Assembly: GCA_015680685.1 (NCBI GenBank)
Contig: MNCI01000668.1
Location: 382,231-446,230 of the forward strand
Source: Gnetum montanum
Taxonomy: Eukaryota > Plantae > Gnetophyta
DNA length: 64,000 bases
Reading direction: 5' to 3'
Shown: one piece after another, positions 25,043 to 36,270 of the stretch
How positions within the stretch are numbered: position 1 is the stretch's first letter
How the letters are laid out: each line of letters begins with the position of its first letter
Position numbers and translations under genes: made by a program
The notes under the pieces: model-generated
Databases searched by the model: none
What the model saw: only the letters and a program-made list of their open reading frames with translations
Told to the model about the DNA's origin: nothing

Positions 25043-27696
25043 TGTAACATCCTACCCTAGCTAGGGCAGGGTGATGCCTAAGATCAAGTGATCTTAGAAC
25101 AAAAGCATGATAACTAAAAACCAATAATGTGTAGGATACATGATATTAAGGAAGGTCAAAAGGTATAGAAATTTCCTACCACATCAAAAACTAAACCTGC
25201 ATTTTAATATATAAAAATGTATGTCTCTACATAAGGCAAACTAGGCATTACTTTGCTAAAATACAAAAGAAAAACACATAAACATCATCATCATATATAT
25301 AAGAGTACAAAGAGTTTCATACAATGCTATCTAGTCCACACTACTATACATGAAAATATACATTAATCAAGCACTAAATATTTTTCCCTCCTCTACTCTC
25401 CCTCTCTGTGCTTGTCTAGGCTCTTGCGCCTTTCACCTATAATTAAAAAAAGTCAGTACATAACTAAGTGGGAAGCCTTTGCACTTCCCATGCTAGATGG
25501 TTGACAAGTATTGCATTAGAGGAGAGGAGTGGGGTACAAGACAACCTGCAACCATTGTTAGTCTTATGCATGCTCAAAAACACACACACCATATCGCCTA
25601 TAATGCTAACATACTATCATACAATCACAGATAAAGCCACAGTCCAATATCATCTATCATGTCCATGTCATCATACCCATGATATACCATTAAATAGCTC
25701 ATGATCCACACAAACATGATCCAATTAGAACACATATTATCCACAATATAACTCACAACCTGATACTATCACATACATAACCCATGTGGTGGCTAGCATA
25801 TCCAAACTTAGTGTAGCATGTGAAATGTTGCCATGAGTACTCATAACAACCATTGCTGACAAGTCTTTTATTTAACCAATTAGTGCTTGGGTCCATCAAC
25901 CTATGACCCTCAACCACTAGCCTTCTGGAGGATTGACGATAGGAATGAACACACCTATGTGATGTAATAGCCATAGGGACGAACACACCTACACTCTCCC
26001 ACTCTCAAGATGAGGCCTAAGATAAGAGCCTCACCAATGCATCATAGTGGGGGTCAATCCATACGACCTCCAAGGTGCCTCATCACCAACTAGTTTACAC
26101 CCTTATGCTAGCATCACCTTCCAATGACCGTCACAAGCGTTGTCACAAAAACATGTACACAATTTGGCTAGCTTTGGCCAACACATGTTGTAAGCACAAC
26201 ACACCCAAACAAGCATAATCAGACATATCCACCCCTAATAGTTATAGTCATTCCATGAAAACAATATAATGATTTGCCGAAACAATATGAATACCTTAAT
26301 ATGACAAAATAATATCATATTTCTCAAATGTGTGTACTTCTAGACAAATGATCACTATAATAACCTTCAAAATGATATATGCCCAAATAGAAAACTACTC
26401 CCACAATTAGAAAGTACTTTCCAAAATAATCCCAATGATACTAACTCTACCTAAATTGGACTCTTGGAAGAAAATTTATGCATGTTCAAAGTTTGATTGG
26501 AATCCCCAAAAATGCTTGCACCTAATAGGTCCCACAAACATCATATTCCAATCAAACAAGTCTCATCAACACCACATATCATATTCTACAAGTCCACATC
26601 ATGCCATATATCGCATATATATTAATACACAATTCATAACCAAAATTAGATAATATCAAGAAATAGACAAAATAGCATGTCTAAGCTTAATCCTTCAACT
26701 ATGCACCCCACCTGCCCACATTGCATAATCATATACACTAATCTAGCACAAAAATAGAGGGAAAATGCAAAGAAAACCCACCAATTAAAATTATTGGGTA
26801 GAAAGGCCGAAAAAATTAGAAAACCCTCAAAAATTTGGCAAGACTCCATTTCATGCCCAACAAGTTCTGCACCCACATAGATATGACTACGGTAATCCCA
26901 AATCCAAATTCAAAGCAAGCAGAAATCATCCACAAAGCTCAGAATTTGGAAAAATGTGAAACAAAAGAAGAGAAAAGAAAGAAAAAAAATGAAAGAATAG
27001 GCTCTTGTGTGTTTCTGTTAACGTGACAGAAAAAAATAGAACCCAAAACCCAGTTTCTGTGGTGATCAATGGTGAGGCGATGGTACAAAAAAGAAATAAA
27101 AACACATCCAATAAAATTATGCGTAAAGCATATACTTTATGTTTAAAAAAATGACAATGTGCTTCTTTTCCCCACATGCCACACATCACGTGCATAAACA
27201 AATTTGACTTTTTACTTTTTTTAACAATTCTTTTTGTTTTGTATAGGTTGCTTTTCTTTTATTCCCTAAAACTAATACCTTTAACTTCCAATGTGCATAA
27301 TAACCATATCGAGAATCCAAATTAAAATTTGTTTGAACCTACGAGATCCTTATCAAACACTCTACACCTTCACATACTAAAATCACACCGAACATCATGC
27401 AACATAGCACTATAGTGCAAATTCATAAATACCAAAATCATACATAAAGCATAAAGACATACCAAATAGGCACCATTGTACCCCAATCTAACACCCTTGC
27501 TAGGAACCTCACCTATCTAACACATCACACATGGCTAGTGTACATAATCAAAGACATCATAATCGTAACATAAAGATGAAGCCTCATAACATATAAAATA
27601 CATTAACTTGTCCCCAACAACCCACTGGGACTCCACATATAATGTATAAATCATAAGCGTATGACCATACCTACTATCTCTGGATGGGATGTAACA
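25043..27696 (-). repeat. 5' LTR of chromovirus element (~2.65 kb)
   Basis: TG...CA termini, adjacent PBS, flanking TSD. Confidence 0.85.
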
Positions 27697-27701
27697 AAAA
27701 G

Positions 27702-28560
27702 ATTACCAATGAAATTATAAAAAGGGGCCCAATTTACATGTAGTGCAATAGCAATGGTTGAAATATGTCCAAAAATAATTTTTATTGAAGGAACTTCCGA
27801 TTGAAACGCTATATGATATTGCACTATCTTCAAAGAGAACACACATCTATAGAAATTGCACTACCTATAGAAATTGCAATGGAAACTCCATATGCTTGCT
27901 AGGCCTTGCATCTACCTTTTCACTAAAGTTTATAAGGTCACCTAGGAAAAAGGATATTTCAATGATGGGAAAAATGTCTCCAAAAATAGAATATTGAAGA
28001 TCAAGATTAAAAATTGAGCTTTAAGGATATGAAAACAAACAAGGATCAAAGAGAAGGTATTGAGGCATATGTGGGAACAACCATGTTTCAAAAAACACTT
28101 TTATTTCTAGCATATTTGAGGAGGATCTAAGTAAAAATACCTGCTTTTTTATCCATTGCTATTTCTAGGTAAAGTAAGGTGGTAATCATATGTACTTATT
28201 TGGGATCTCACTATCTATTAATTGAAATAGGGAGATGGATTATCTTCAAAGAGAACACACATCTACAAATTTTGTATACACACAATGGATAAAGAGCATA
28301 TCTTTTCAAATTGTCCTTTCTTTAATGCTCTTAGACTTAAATATAGTATTTAGGAAATAACTTTGCCACATTTGTTTGAGTCGAAAGTGTCAATTTTGGT
28401 TCATTTTCTTTATGAGTTATTCAAGACCAATTGTGACCATATCAAGGCCTTATAATAAAAAATTTGTCCTATAGAACCTTTATGGTCTCACATGGATGTA
28501 ATTAAGCATTTCCATTTTTCAAGTTCGAGATTTATCATCTTAGCTATGTAATACATATGG
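27702..28560 (-). mobile_element. Very decayed LINE 3' region (zf-RVT-like), probable target of the chromovirus insertion
   Basis: CRCVFSLKIVQYHIAFQS resembles a decayed C..C....E...H..F.C finger; segment TATCTTCAAAGAGAACACACATCTA occurs twice (~27825, ~28241). Confidence 0.35.
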
Positions 28561-29139
28561 TGGAAAATATGTTTTGAGCTTTAATACCCTTTCTCTTCCC
28601 TTCCTAATTTCCTCTTCTTTTCTATGGCTATCTATCAACTTAAAGCCATAACCTAAACTTATATTTTCATTATGTATTTTAATATATAATGTATCATCTG
28701 AGGTTGATAAGCACTACTATTTATCTAAAACAACGCTATGCAAATTTTTACCCTACAAACTAAAAATCATTTAATACTTATTCTTTTACGAATACTTAGT
28801 TACGAAACTAATTAATCTCTTCTATTGGCAATATGATAGTCCAGACATGATACAGCTGGTTCCACGATCTGTGCTGATACCAATACAAATACTCGAGAAC
28901 CGATTCAGTTAGTTCAGCTTTAACTCATGGTTGTATTATACGGTTTTATACATCGGACAAAATCAAGAAGTATATATTAAAGAACAGAATATTCTAACAT
29001 ACTATATATTTTGACTAGCTATCCTAATTATAAGTAATGATCTATGAAACTCTAGTTTTTACATGTAAAAGATGTGGCGAAACGATAAATGTACATCAAA
29101 TCTACACACTAGTAATAGCTATCACACCAATCATATTCG

Positions 29140-29410
29140 CTCTTGCCGTTGCTCCTCTCAATTATGACGGACATTCAAGGATATGCATGGTGTTCAAGCA
29201 TCCATGCTGAGAAGCGACAAGTGAATGCTCAGTCGGTTGCCGGAGGAACGTCCACCGCGGCCTGCAACAGAGATAGGGAGCCGCCAGCCAACGCCGTGAG
29301 CCATAGAAGTCGTGGGGGAGGAGCGGGGACTTTATGCGCAAAGGAGCGAAAATGCCATGGATAATCCTCTTGAGCGAAATGGATGATGGGAATTAGCACC
29401 TTCTCAGAAG
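29140..29410. promoter_or_regulatory. CpG-retaining GC-rich island between the AGP paralogs, candidate cis-regulatory element
   Basis: Sharp GC/CpG enrichment in AT-rich flanks, no credible ORF. Confidence 0.4.
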
Positions 29411-29921
29411 GAAATCACTTAGCTCATTATTTTGTTGATAAGATATTATTAATTTGAGTCACACTTTATAATTCTTATAATCAAGGCTGTTCTTTACCTT
29501 CTTATTTATTATTCTCGAATTTATTTCACATCATTTGCATTAAGTTCGGCAAAAGAATATTAGTAAAGGAATTTTAGTTAAAAATCAATGTAAATAATTT
29601 CTTAACATGCATTTTTAACAAATAATTCTTTATTTTTATGATTAACAATTTTCTACAACACATCAATACTCTACTGGTCAAAGCGGAGGATTACTCAACA
29701 ACACATCAAGAACTAACACATCAAGAACTAATATTGAAAATTTTGTTGAAGTAAGTAGAAAGCTAAAAGCTAGCAAAATATAAAAGACAAACAACAGCAA
29801 GCATGGCAAGCAATGAGGGAGGAGAAGGTTAATGTGTTTTAACAAGCAAATGTTCATGCGGGGAAGGAAGGATGAAAAAATGCACAGGGGCGACCCGTTC
29901 CATGCAGCCATGCATAAACAA

Positions 29922-30497
29922 TCAAGCCAGAGCAAGCAGCAAGGTACCCAGCAAGAACGGAACAGCTGCGGACGCGGACACGGACAGGGACACGGCGAAC
30001 GCAGAGCTTTCTTTAGCAGCACCAGCAGGGCCAGGGCTCTCACTGGGTGACAACGACGACGCCGCCGTAGTCGGACTCGCCGCCGATGCGGACGCCGGCG
30101 GGGACCCGGACGGGCTACTTGGCGGCGTAGCAGCCGCTGGTGGACTCTTGGCCGACTTAGGCGCCGACGGAGGCCGAGGCCGAGGCTTAGGCTTAGGCTT
30201 GTGGGACGATTTCGGTGGCGGAGGCGGAGACGATTCCGACGCAGACGGAGGCTGCGGCTGTGATCCGGGGGACTCCGCGGACACCGGGGGAGGCACCGGA
30301 GGCTCAGGCGCAGCGGCCGTCTCGTTGGCTTTCTGGGCCGGGGCCGAGGCCGGTTCTCCCACAGGCGCGGCGGCAGTGGCGCCGGGCTTAGGCGGAGCAG
30401 GTGGCTTGGCGGCGAGAGCGAGAGCGAATGAAAGCGCCATGGCCAGTGCCAGGATCGTGGCGGGGCACTGCATTCTGGTTGCGGTTATGGTCGACAT
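29922..30497 (-). CDS. Lys-rich arabinogalactan protein, GPI-anchored (191 aa; 183 aa from second ATG at 30473)
   Basis: Signal peptide, PAST-rich body, SPPPPP extensin-type motif, KSSHKPKPKPRPRP basic tract, hydrophobic C-terminal GPI signal; colinear paralog of 11803-12315 including 3' UTR (11640-11800 vs 29765-29920). Confidence 0.9.
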   Translation of the reverse strand: MSTITATRMQCPATILALAMALSFALALAAKPPAPPKPGATAAAPVGEPASAPAQKANETAAAPEPPVPPPVSAESPGSQPQPPSASESSPPPPPKSSHKPKPKPRPRPPSAPKSAKSPPAAATPPSSPSGSPPASASAASPTTAASSLSPSESPGPAGAAKESSAFAVSLSVSASAAVPFLLGTLLLALA

Positions 30498-30552
30498 TGT
30501 GGGTGAGCATTCGTTGTTGCTGTTGCGGTATGTGCTCTTCTTTGCAGCGGTG

Positions 30553-30720
30553 GAGCTCTGATGATGCGGCTTTTGTAGCGCCTCGGCTGCGAGAGGTTCG
30601 TTCGTTCATGATTGGGTGGTTCTATTTTGGGTGTTTGTGCAGTGGCTTATCAGATGGCTATTGTTGAGCTCACGTAAGATGTGGGTGGCGCCTGCTTGCC
30701 TGCCTCATAAAGATGAGTAA
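30553..30720 (-). promoter_or_regulatory. Proximal promoter blocks conserved with AGP paralog, incl. full SNBE consensus match (30659-30677)
   Basis: TATTGTTGAGCTCACGTAA matches WNNYBTNNNNNNNAMGNHW at all positions; same flanking blocks as 12421-12560. Confidence 0.65.
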
Positions 30721-30869
30721 ATACCATCCATCCATCTCGTAGAAAGAGTTCAAGGTAAAGCTCGTAGCTCCTGCTTGTAAATCCGCTCCACACAACGTTT
30801 ACTTATTTATTTATTTAAAAGAAAATAGTCTATTGCATTAGCATGGGCAAACGTTACGTGTGTTCTCTT

Positions 30870-31075
30870 TAGGCCTAAAAAAAACCTTTGTATGGCAAAA
30901 CCAAAACGATGTTCTGCATGACCGTCGCTCATGTCATGCCCAGCATCCTATGCGCCTCGCCCATCCTCCCATGCCCATCCCCTCATATCATGCCAAAATC
31001 TCGTCCATGAAAAACGAAACGTGAAAACCAAAATCTAGGCCCCGTGAAAACGAAACGAAACGAAACGAAACGTGA
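30870..31075. mobile_element. TIR/MITE-like DNA transposon end with (GAAAC)n repeats
   Basis: TAGGCCTAAAAAAAACCTTTG start and CGAAA repeats with CpG retained; no partner TIR found in window. Confidence 0.35.
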
Positions 31076-31109
31076 ATGGTTGACTAATAGTGTGTTTGTT
31101 GTAGGAAGT

Positions 31110-33300
31110 ACTCTATAGGCTACTATGTAAGGACAAAATTTTACCTTCAATGTTTATGACATTGCAGATGTTATACAAGTTTAGTCTAGTAAAGAGGCAG
31201 TTGTCAAGCATCGAAAGGTGGAAAAAAACTAAAATTCATCTAATCCAATATGCCAAAAAATTTGATACAAAAGATGATAATCCTATCAATTTTCTAGAGC
31301 TATTGTTGCTATCCAAATTTATACATTGGTCTTTATTTCTAGTGAAAGCAATGAAAGTGAAGATTTCCAATAATGCAATTTTACTCATGTGGGCATTGGA
31401 GAAGAATGGAAGTGTTCCATTTGATATCTTGATGACTATATTGTTTGAGATGAAGAGGCGAGCAAGGTTATGGCAGCTACATGATGTGAAAGAGTCCCTT
31501 GGCTTTTTGATTATAGTCACACAATTATTGCTGAAAAAGAATGTTCATTGTATGGTTACCCAACTTAATGAAATAGTCCATGTGGATGCTACAAGCATAT
31601 TTAATAGTACAATAGTGTCTAAGAAAGGTGAGACCTCCTGTTACGTGAAAGAGCCTAAAAGTCAGGCTGCTGATGATAGTTTCTAACTTGAAAAATGCTC
31701 TTACCAATCCATCTAGGATAAGTTGGAACATGTGATTGAGACATTAGAAAAATATTCTCAAAGCAATGTAGCACTTTGGAATGCTGTAGAGGAGTTGAAA
31801 TACGATAGGTCATGTCTAATAGAAGAAAACATGCAATTGAAGGCCAAATTCGAGAATTATGTAGAGGAATAAAATAGTTGTATTAATAAGTTGCTTGCTG
31901 AGAATGAAAAATGGCCAACTAAATATCCACACTAAATAAAGAAATTATCTCATTAAAAAATGCTACAGTCAACATTTATGATAGTAGAGACATTAATGCC
32001 AATGTAGTCAATCCGATAAAAGGTTTATGCCATGTTATAAAACCTTGTAGTTTTAATACATTGTTCATATCTTTTATAAATTCCAATGGTCTTTGTATTG
32101 TACATGTGTTGAACAGAAATGATTGATATGCCAACAATGAAAGGTGCTAGAAGATTATTTGATTCAGTTAAAGGAGACATCAAATAAGTATCTGAACAGG
32201 ATAATCCAAATGAAGAAACATGTATGTAGACTTGTTTGGATAACTTGTTTATGTATGTTGACATCCATCTTATGAATGTTCATATGTAGGTGATGTAAAC
32301 TTCAATAGCCCCATTGATCAACCTTCTGGTATAGTTTAGATAGTGAACCTTACTAACTTCATCATCTCGATTGGTTAATAATGTGTGACAATTGATAGAG
32401 TGATGTAGTTGCTTGTCATAGGCAAGTTAGATAATGAAGCACTTGTTATGTTATCTTTTTCCCCATTCATTGCCACATGAGTTTCTTTCAGGTATGTATA
32501 CTAACTTGGGTGGAAATAATGGCTTGATGATGATGTCATTGATGTGTACATCATGTACCTTAAGCAACTTTAGAAAGATAATGTCAATTGTCAAGTCTTA
32601 ATAAAATATTTTATATTTAATACTATGTTTCAAGCATTTGCAAAGTCCCTAGAGAGTCAGATGCAACATAGCCAAAAGAACTCATTGACACATAAAGCAA
32701 AGAAACCCACAAAAATACATGTCATCAATGTTTAAAGTGATACATTGATTGCAAAAGAGCTTGATGTATTTGTGGTAGAGAAGGACTTTATTGAAGATGT
32801 GAAAATGAAAATTTATTGGGGTGAATTTCTTAAATTAGAACACTGATTATTTTGCATCCCATTCAATACCGGTGGGCATTGGGTGCTCGTGGTTGTAGAC
32901 ACATGTACTAGAAAAATGTATGTGTATGATTCGTTACCTTCTTTCCAACATGTAGTTGCTGGTCAGAAGTTAATGTTAAGGTTTCTTGAATTTTTATTGA
33001 AAGGTGATTCTTCAATTGGTGAGAGCATAATTGAGGTGAAGGAAAAGTGAAAGAAGTTACTTTCAAAATGGAGTATAGTGGTTGTGCAAGGCATTCCTTT
33101 TCAAGAAAATGGATATGATTGTGATATGTATACAATATTGTTCATGCATCATTTTGTATTTGGAAAAGAGGTAAAATTTAGTAATGATTTTGTTTCCATG
33201 TATCAAAATACCATGATATGAAAAATTCTTAGTTGTTCAGTACTTGACCAAACATGGACAAAAATATATGTGCAGCATCTTATCTGTGAAAATTGTAGTG
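31110..33300 (+). pseudogene. Ulp1-like SUMO protease (peptidase C48) gene relic with N-terminal TE-accessory-type domain and coiled coil
   Basis: WLDDDVIDVYIMYL (~32520), IPFNTGGHWVLVVVD..MYVYDSLP (32855-32940), PFQENGYDCDMY (~33095-33130) give the His-Asp-Gln-Cys catalytic motifs; ORF 31150-31686 upstream; many stops. Confidence 0.85.
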
Positions 33301-33649
33301 ACCATGGACCTTATCTAGTTTCAAATGTAAAAATAATTCGATGATGTAAATGGCTCTTTGCCATCTTTAATGAAAGGCAATTTTTTTGTACATGGGAGAA
33401 AAATGTATTTATATTAGGTTTATCGAGTGGAAATATATATGGTGTTAATTTTTTTCATATTATGATTATTATTTTTTGAAATTGTAAAAAAGGAATCTAT
33501 AATATGTAAGGTTCAATATGTGTTTCAAATATTGTTCCCATTGAACAAAAAAGTTGTCATAATATCTACATAAAATATGCTTTTCATATCCTCCTTTCTG
33601 TAACTTGCATAATTTTAAGGTGTTGATTAACTTTGTACTTTATCATATT

Positions 33650-34450
33650 ACTTATCTTGATCAACTACGAGTACATGTGTATCGCACCTTACTCACACTG
33701 AAGTCATGCAAGTAAACATGAAACGTAGTCACTCATAGTATGGTGCAAAAGTGTTTGTCTCCTAGCCATGAAATAGTGTGGAAAGTTGCACCTCACAACA
33801 CAACAAAAGTTGTGAATCTATGTGACTCGTAGTCCATCACAACATTGCAATAAATATGTGCAATGTTCAATGAGTCATAAGTATGTGCTTTGTTGCAAGT
33901 TGCATGTCATTGCAATTAGTAATAGAAACCTTTTTTAACAGTGTAAGAGGATGCGATACACAAGATTCGTTAACTACTTGATGTTGTGAATGGTTGTGCT
34001 ACGAATATGTGGCTCACATGTGGATGTAGTTCGTAATAGAAACCTCTTTTTACCAGTGCAAGGTAATGCAAGTTGCATGTTTGGTAAGCTAGCAGTTACT
34101 ATGAACTTTTGTGTAGCCTAATTGTGACTCACATGTCTTTGTAGTACATAATAGAAACTTGTTTTATTAGTGCGAGGAGATGCAATCTACATGGATCATG
34201 AGCCCAATCATGATTTGAATAGTTACACTAATACGATGCAACTCACATCTAGTCGCTATTTACTAGATTATGCATTTTTAGCCATTGTGAGGTTATGCAA
34301 TTCACATGGCTTGTGAGCTAACTACTATAGTGTGCCTCATAGGTAATCACATCTCCAAAGAAAAACAAGATTTTACCAATGCAAGTGGATGCAACCTGCA
34401 CATCTCCATAGAGATCTCTAATTGCAATACTATGTGATTTGCATGCTCTT
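33650..34450. repeat. Degenerate tandem repeats, period ~115 bp
   Basis: AATAGAAACC..TTTT..CAGTGYRAG..RATGCRA recurring at ~33921, 34036, 34150, 34270, 34361. Confidence 0.6.
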
Positions 34451-34819
34451 GTAGTATGATGAAATTTTATGTTTACTAAATGTAGAGATAAGTATTATTA
34501 ATTTAAATTGGAAATTGTTTTCTTGAATATAGAAATGAAGAATGTAATCAATATTTTACTTAGCTATGATAAGGTTATTTCATTGTTTTGGCATCTTTGG
34601 AATGATTCCTATAGAAAAAAAATGAATATTAGGTAATTCATAAATGACCAAACTCTTTAACTTTAATTACAGCAAACCAAAATGTTCTATACAGAAATGA
34701 TGCATCAAATGACAAAGAAAAAAAACATGTCCAATAGTCAAGCAGGAGCTAATTGATTGTGACAAAAACCATAACAATGTACACGATTAACAAAAAAATA
34801 AAATAAGAGTCAACAATGA

Positions 34820-36270
34820 CTATTCAACGTTCTCAACATAGGTATCATTCTCCATTGCTTTTGTAGCTACTATGTCCATGAAATCTACCTCATTAACTAT
34901 GTCATCAATAAGCTTAGTAGGGTTATCTACCATCTGAGTTGTATTTGATGGTATTGGCTCTGCTATGGGCTCTAGTGTGGCCATGCCCATCAACTTAGGA
35001 TTAGTAATGTCATCCACCATCCCCTGAACCATTATCTCTACACATTACCCTCAATTGTTGAAATGTATAGTTGGCTACAGTTTCATAGTTGATGGTGAGA
35101 TGGGTCTATCTTCTCTCCATGCAACCAAAATGTTGATGCATTTGAGACTTGAATGCATCAATCCTCGTAATAAGACCATCTATGCGTGTGTTCATCCTAG
35201 CCTTTATTGTCTCTAAGTATTGAAAAATAGCAACCCCATCTCTAAACTACTACTGCTATAGTGGCTAAACATGGATAGCATGGGGTTGATCACCCTCACC
35301 ATAGAACTCATCCCATCCAACCTTGCCACCATCCCTTGGAACTTGAGAATCAAGGAGCCATACCAAATCATTAAAACAAGTCTTAGGGACCTACTGAGTA
35401 TAAAATGCACAACCCAAATGAGGCAACCAGTTCTCACTAAACATCTACACATCCTTTTCATCATGATCAGGTGCTAGAATCTGTCAATGCCTAAAAAGAG
35501 CAAATGTAATCGATAGAAATGGAATTGTTGTTGCATCCTTGGTTAGGACTTGCATCCTTCTCATCAAAATGTGGATGTAGTTGTGGGAATAGTCTCCCTT
35601 GATATCAAGCTAGATCATCAATGCAAAATACATGACATGCTTATGATGAGTCACAATAAAGAGATTGGTATGAATAGCCCTCACAAGAACTCTTTGTTCA
35701 AGGAAGAAGTTCTTGTAAGGCCAACTAGTCTCATTTGACTTCACCTTAGGAACCATGACAAGAAAATGTGTTTTTTTTTAAAGATGTAGAGTGAAAAATT
35801 CCCTACATGCACCAATGACCATGCCAAGTGTGTTTCCCAGGATTCTCTTTGTCAATGGATACCCAAAATCATCGATGTGTATGACCATAGACAATGCTAC
35901 ATCTCACAAATGTGAGACATAGAAGTGACATGCCTCCTCTTCATAATATTTAGGCCCACCACTCATGATGAAGCCAAGGTGATGATCAATGAGCTTGGCA
36001 TGCATCTATAGCCACACTAGTTGTAGCAATGATTTAAAGTTCTTAGGACTTTGTATTGGGTTTGATTTGAATTGCACCACTCATTGTTGATGTTCATCCC
36101 ATGCTTATCGCCCCTAGGCCTAGCAAGTCTCATCCTACTCTCTTCAGGCATCTTGTGTAATAGATTAGGAGCCAAATTACTGTTGATCCTATGTATGCCT
36201 CCTACCGTCTTGCCCTTGTAGTCTGGTGGGCTTTCTTTGATCATTTGGCTATGTATTTCCACTTTGTGAA
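34820..36270 (-). pseudogene. Decayed TE accessory ORF (putative plant transposon protein / transposase_32-like)
   Basis: Read-through translation ...LGFIMSGGPKYYEEEACHFY...YPLTKRILGNTLGM...RVLVRAIHTNL...IHILMRRMQ...IPFLSITFALF with stops mostly TAG/TGA; family call is by resemblance only. Confidence 0.5.

Larger units (their letters stand above)
13401..27696 (-). mobile_element. Chromovirus-type (Tekay/Del-like) Ty3/gypsy element, internally rearranged, with 5-bp TSD AAAAG
   Basis: Termini TGTAACA (13401) ... TGTAACA (27696); AAAAG at 13396-13400 and 27697-27701; 13401-13532 matches 25043-25192; tRNA-Met PBS at 25029-25039; gag-PR-RT at 22345-24960. Confidence 0.9.

Noticed and set aside
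29678-30667. 229-aa antisense ORF (29872-30561) and other overlapping ORFs at the second AGP
   Set aside because: Codon-aligned antisense shadow of a GC-rich gene; start and stop are not conserved in the paralog.
30870-31075. Left TIR of the large MULE
   Set aside because: No inverted partner beyond 46.8 kb, and it retains CpGs unlike the adjacent decayed Ulp1 region, so it is probably a separate element.
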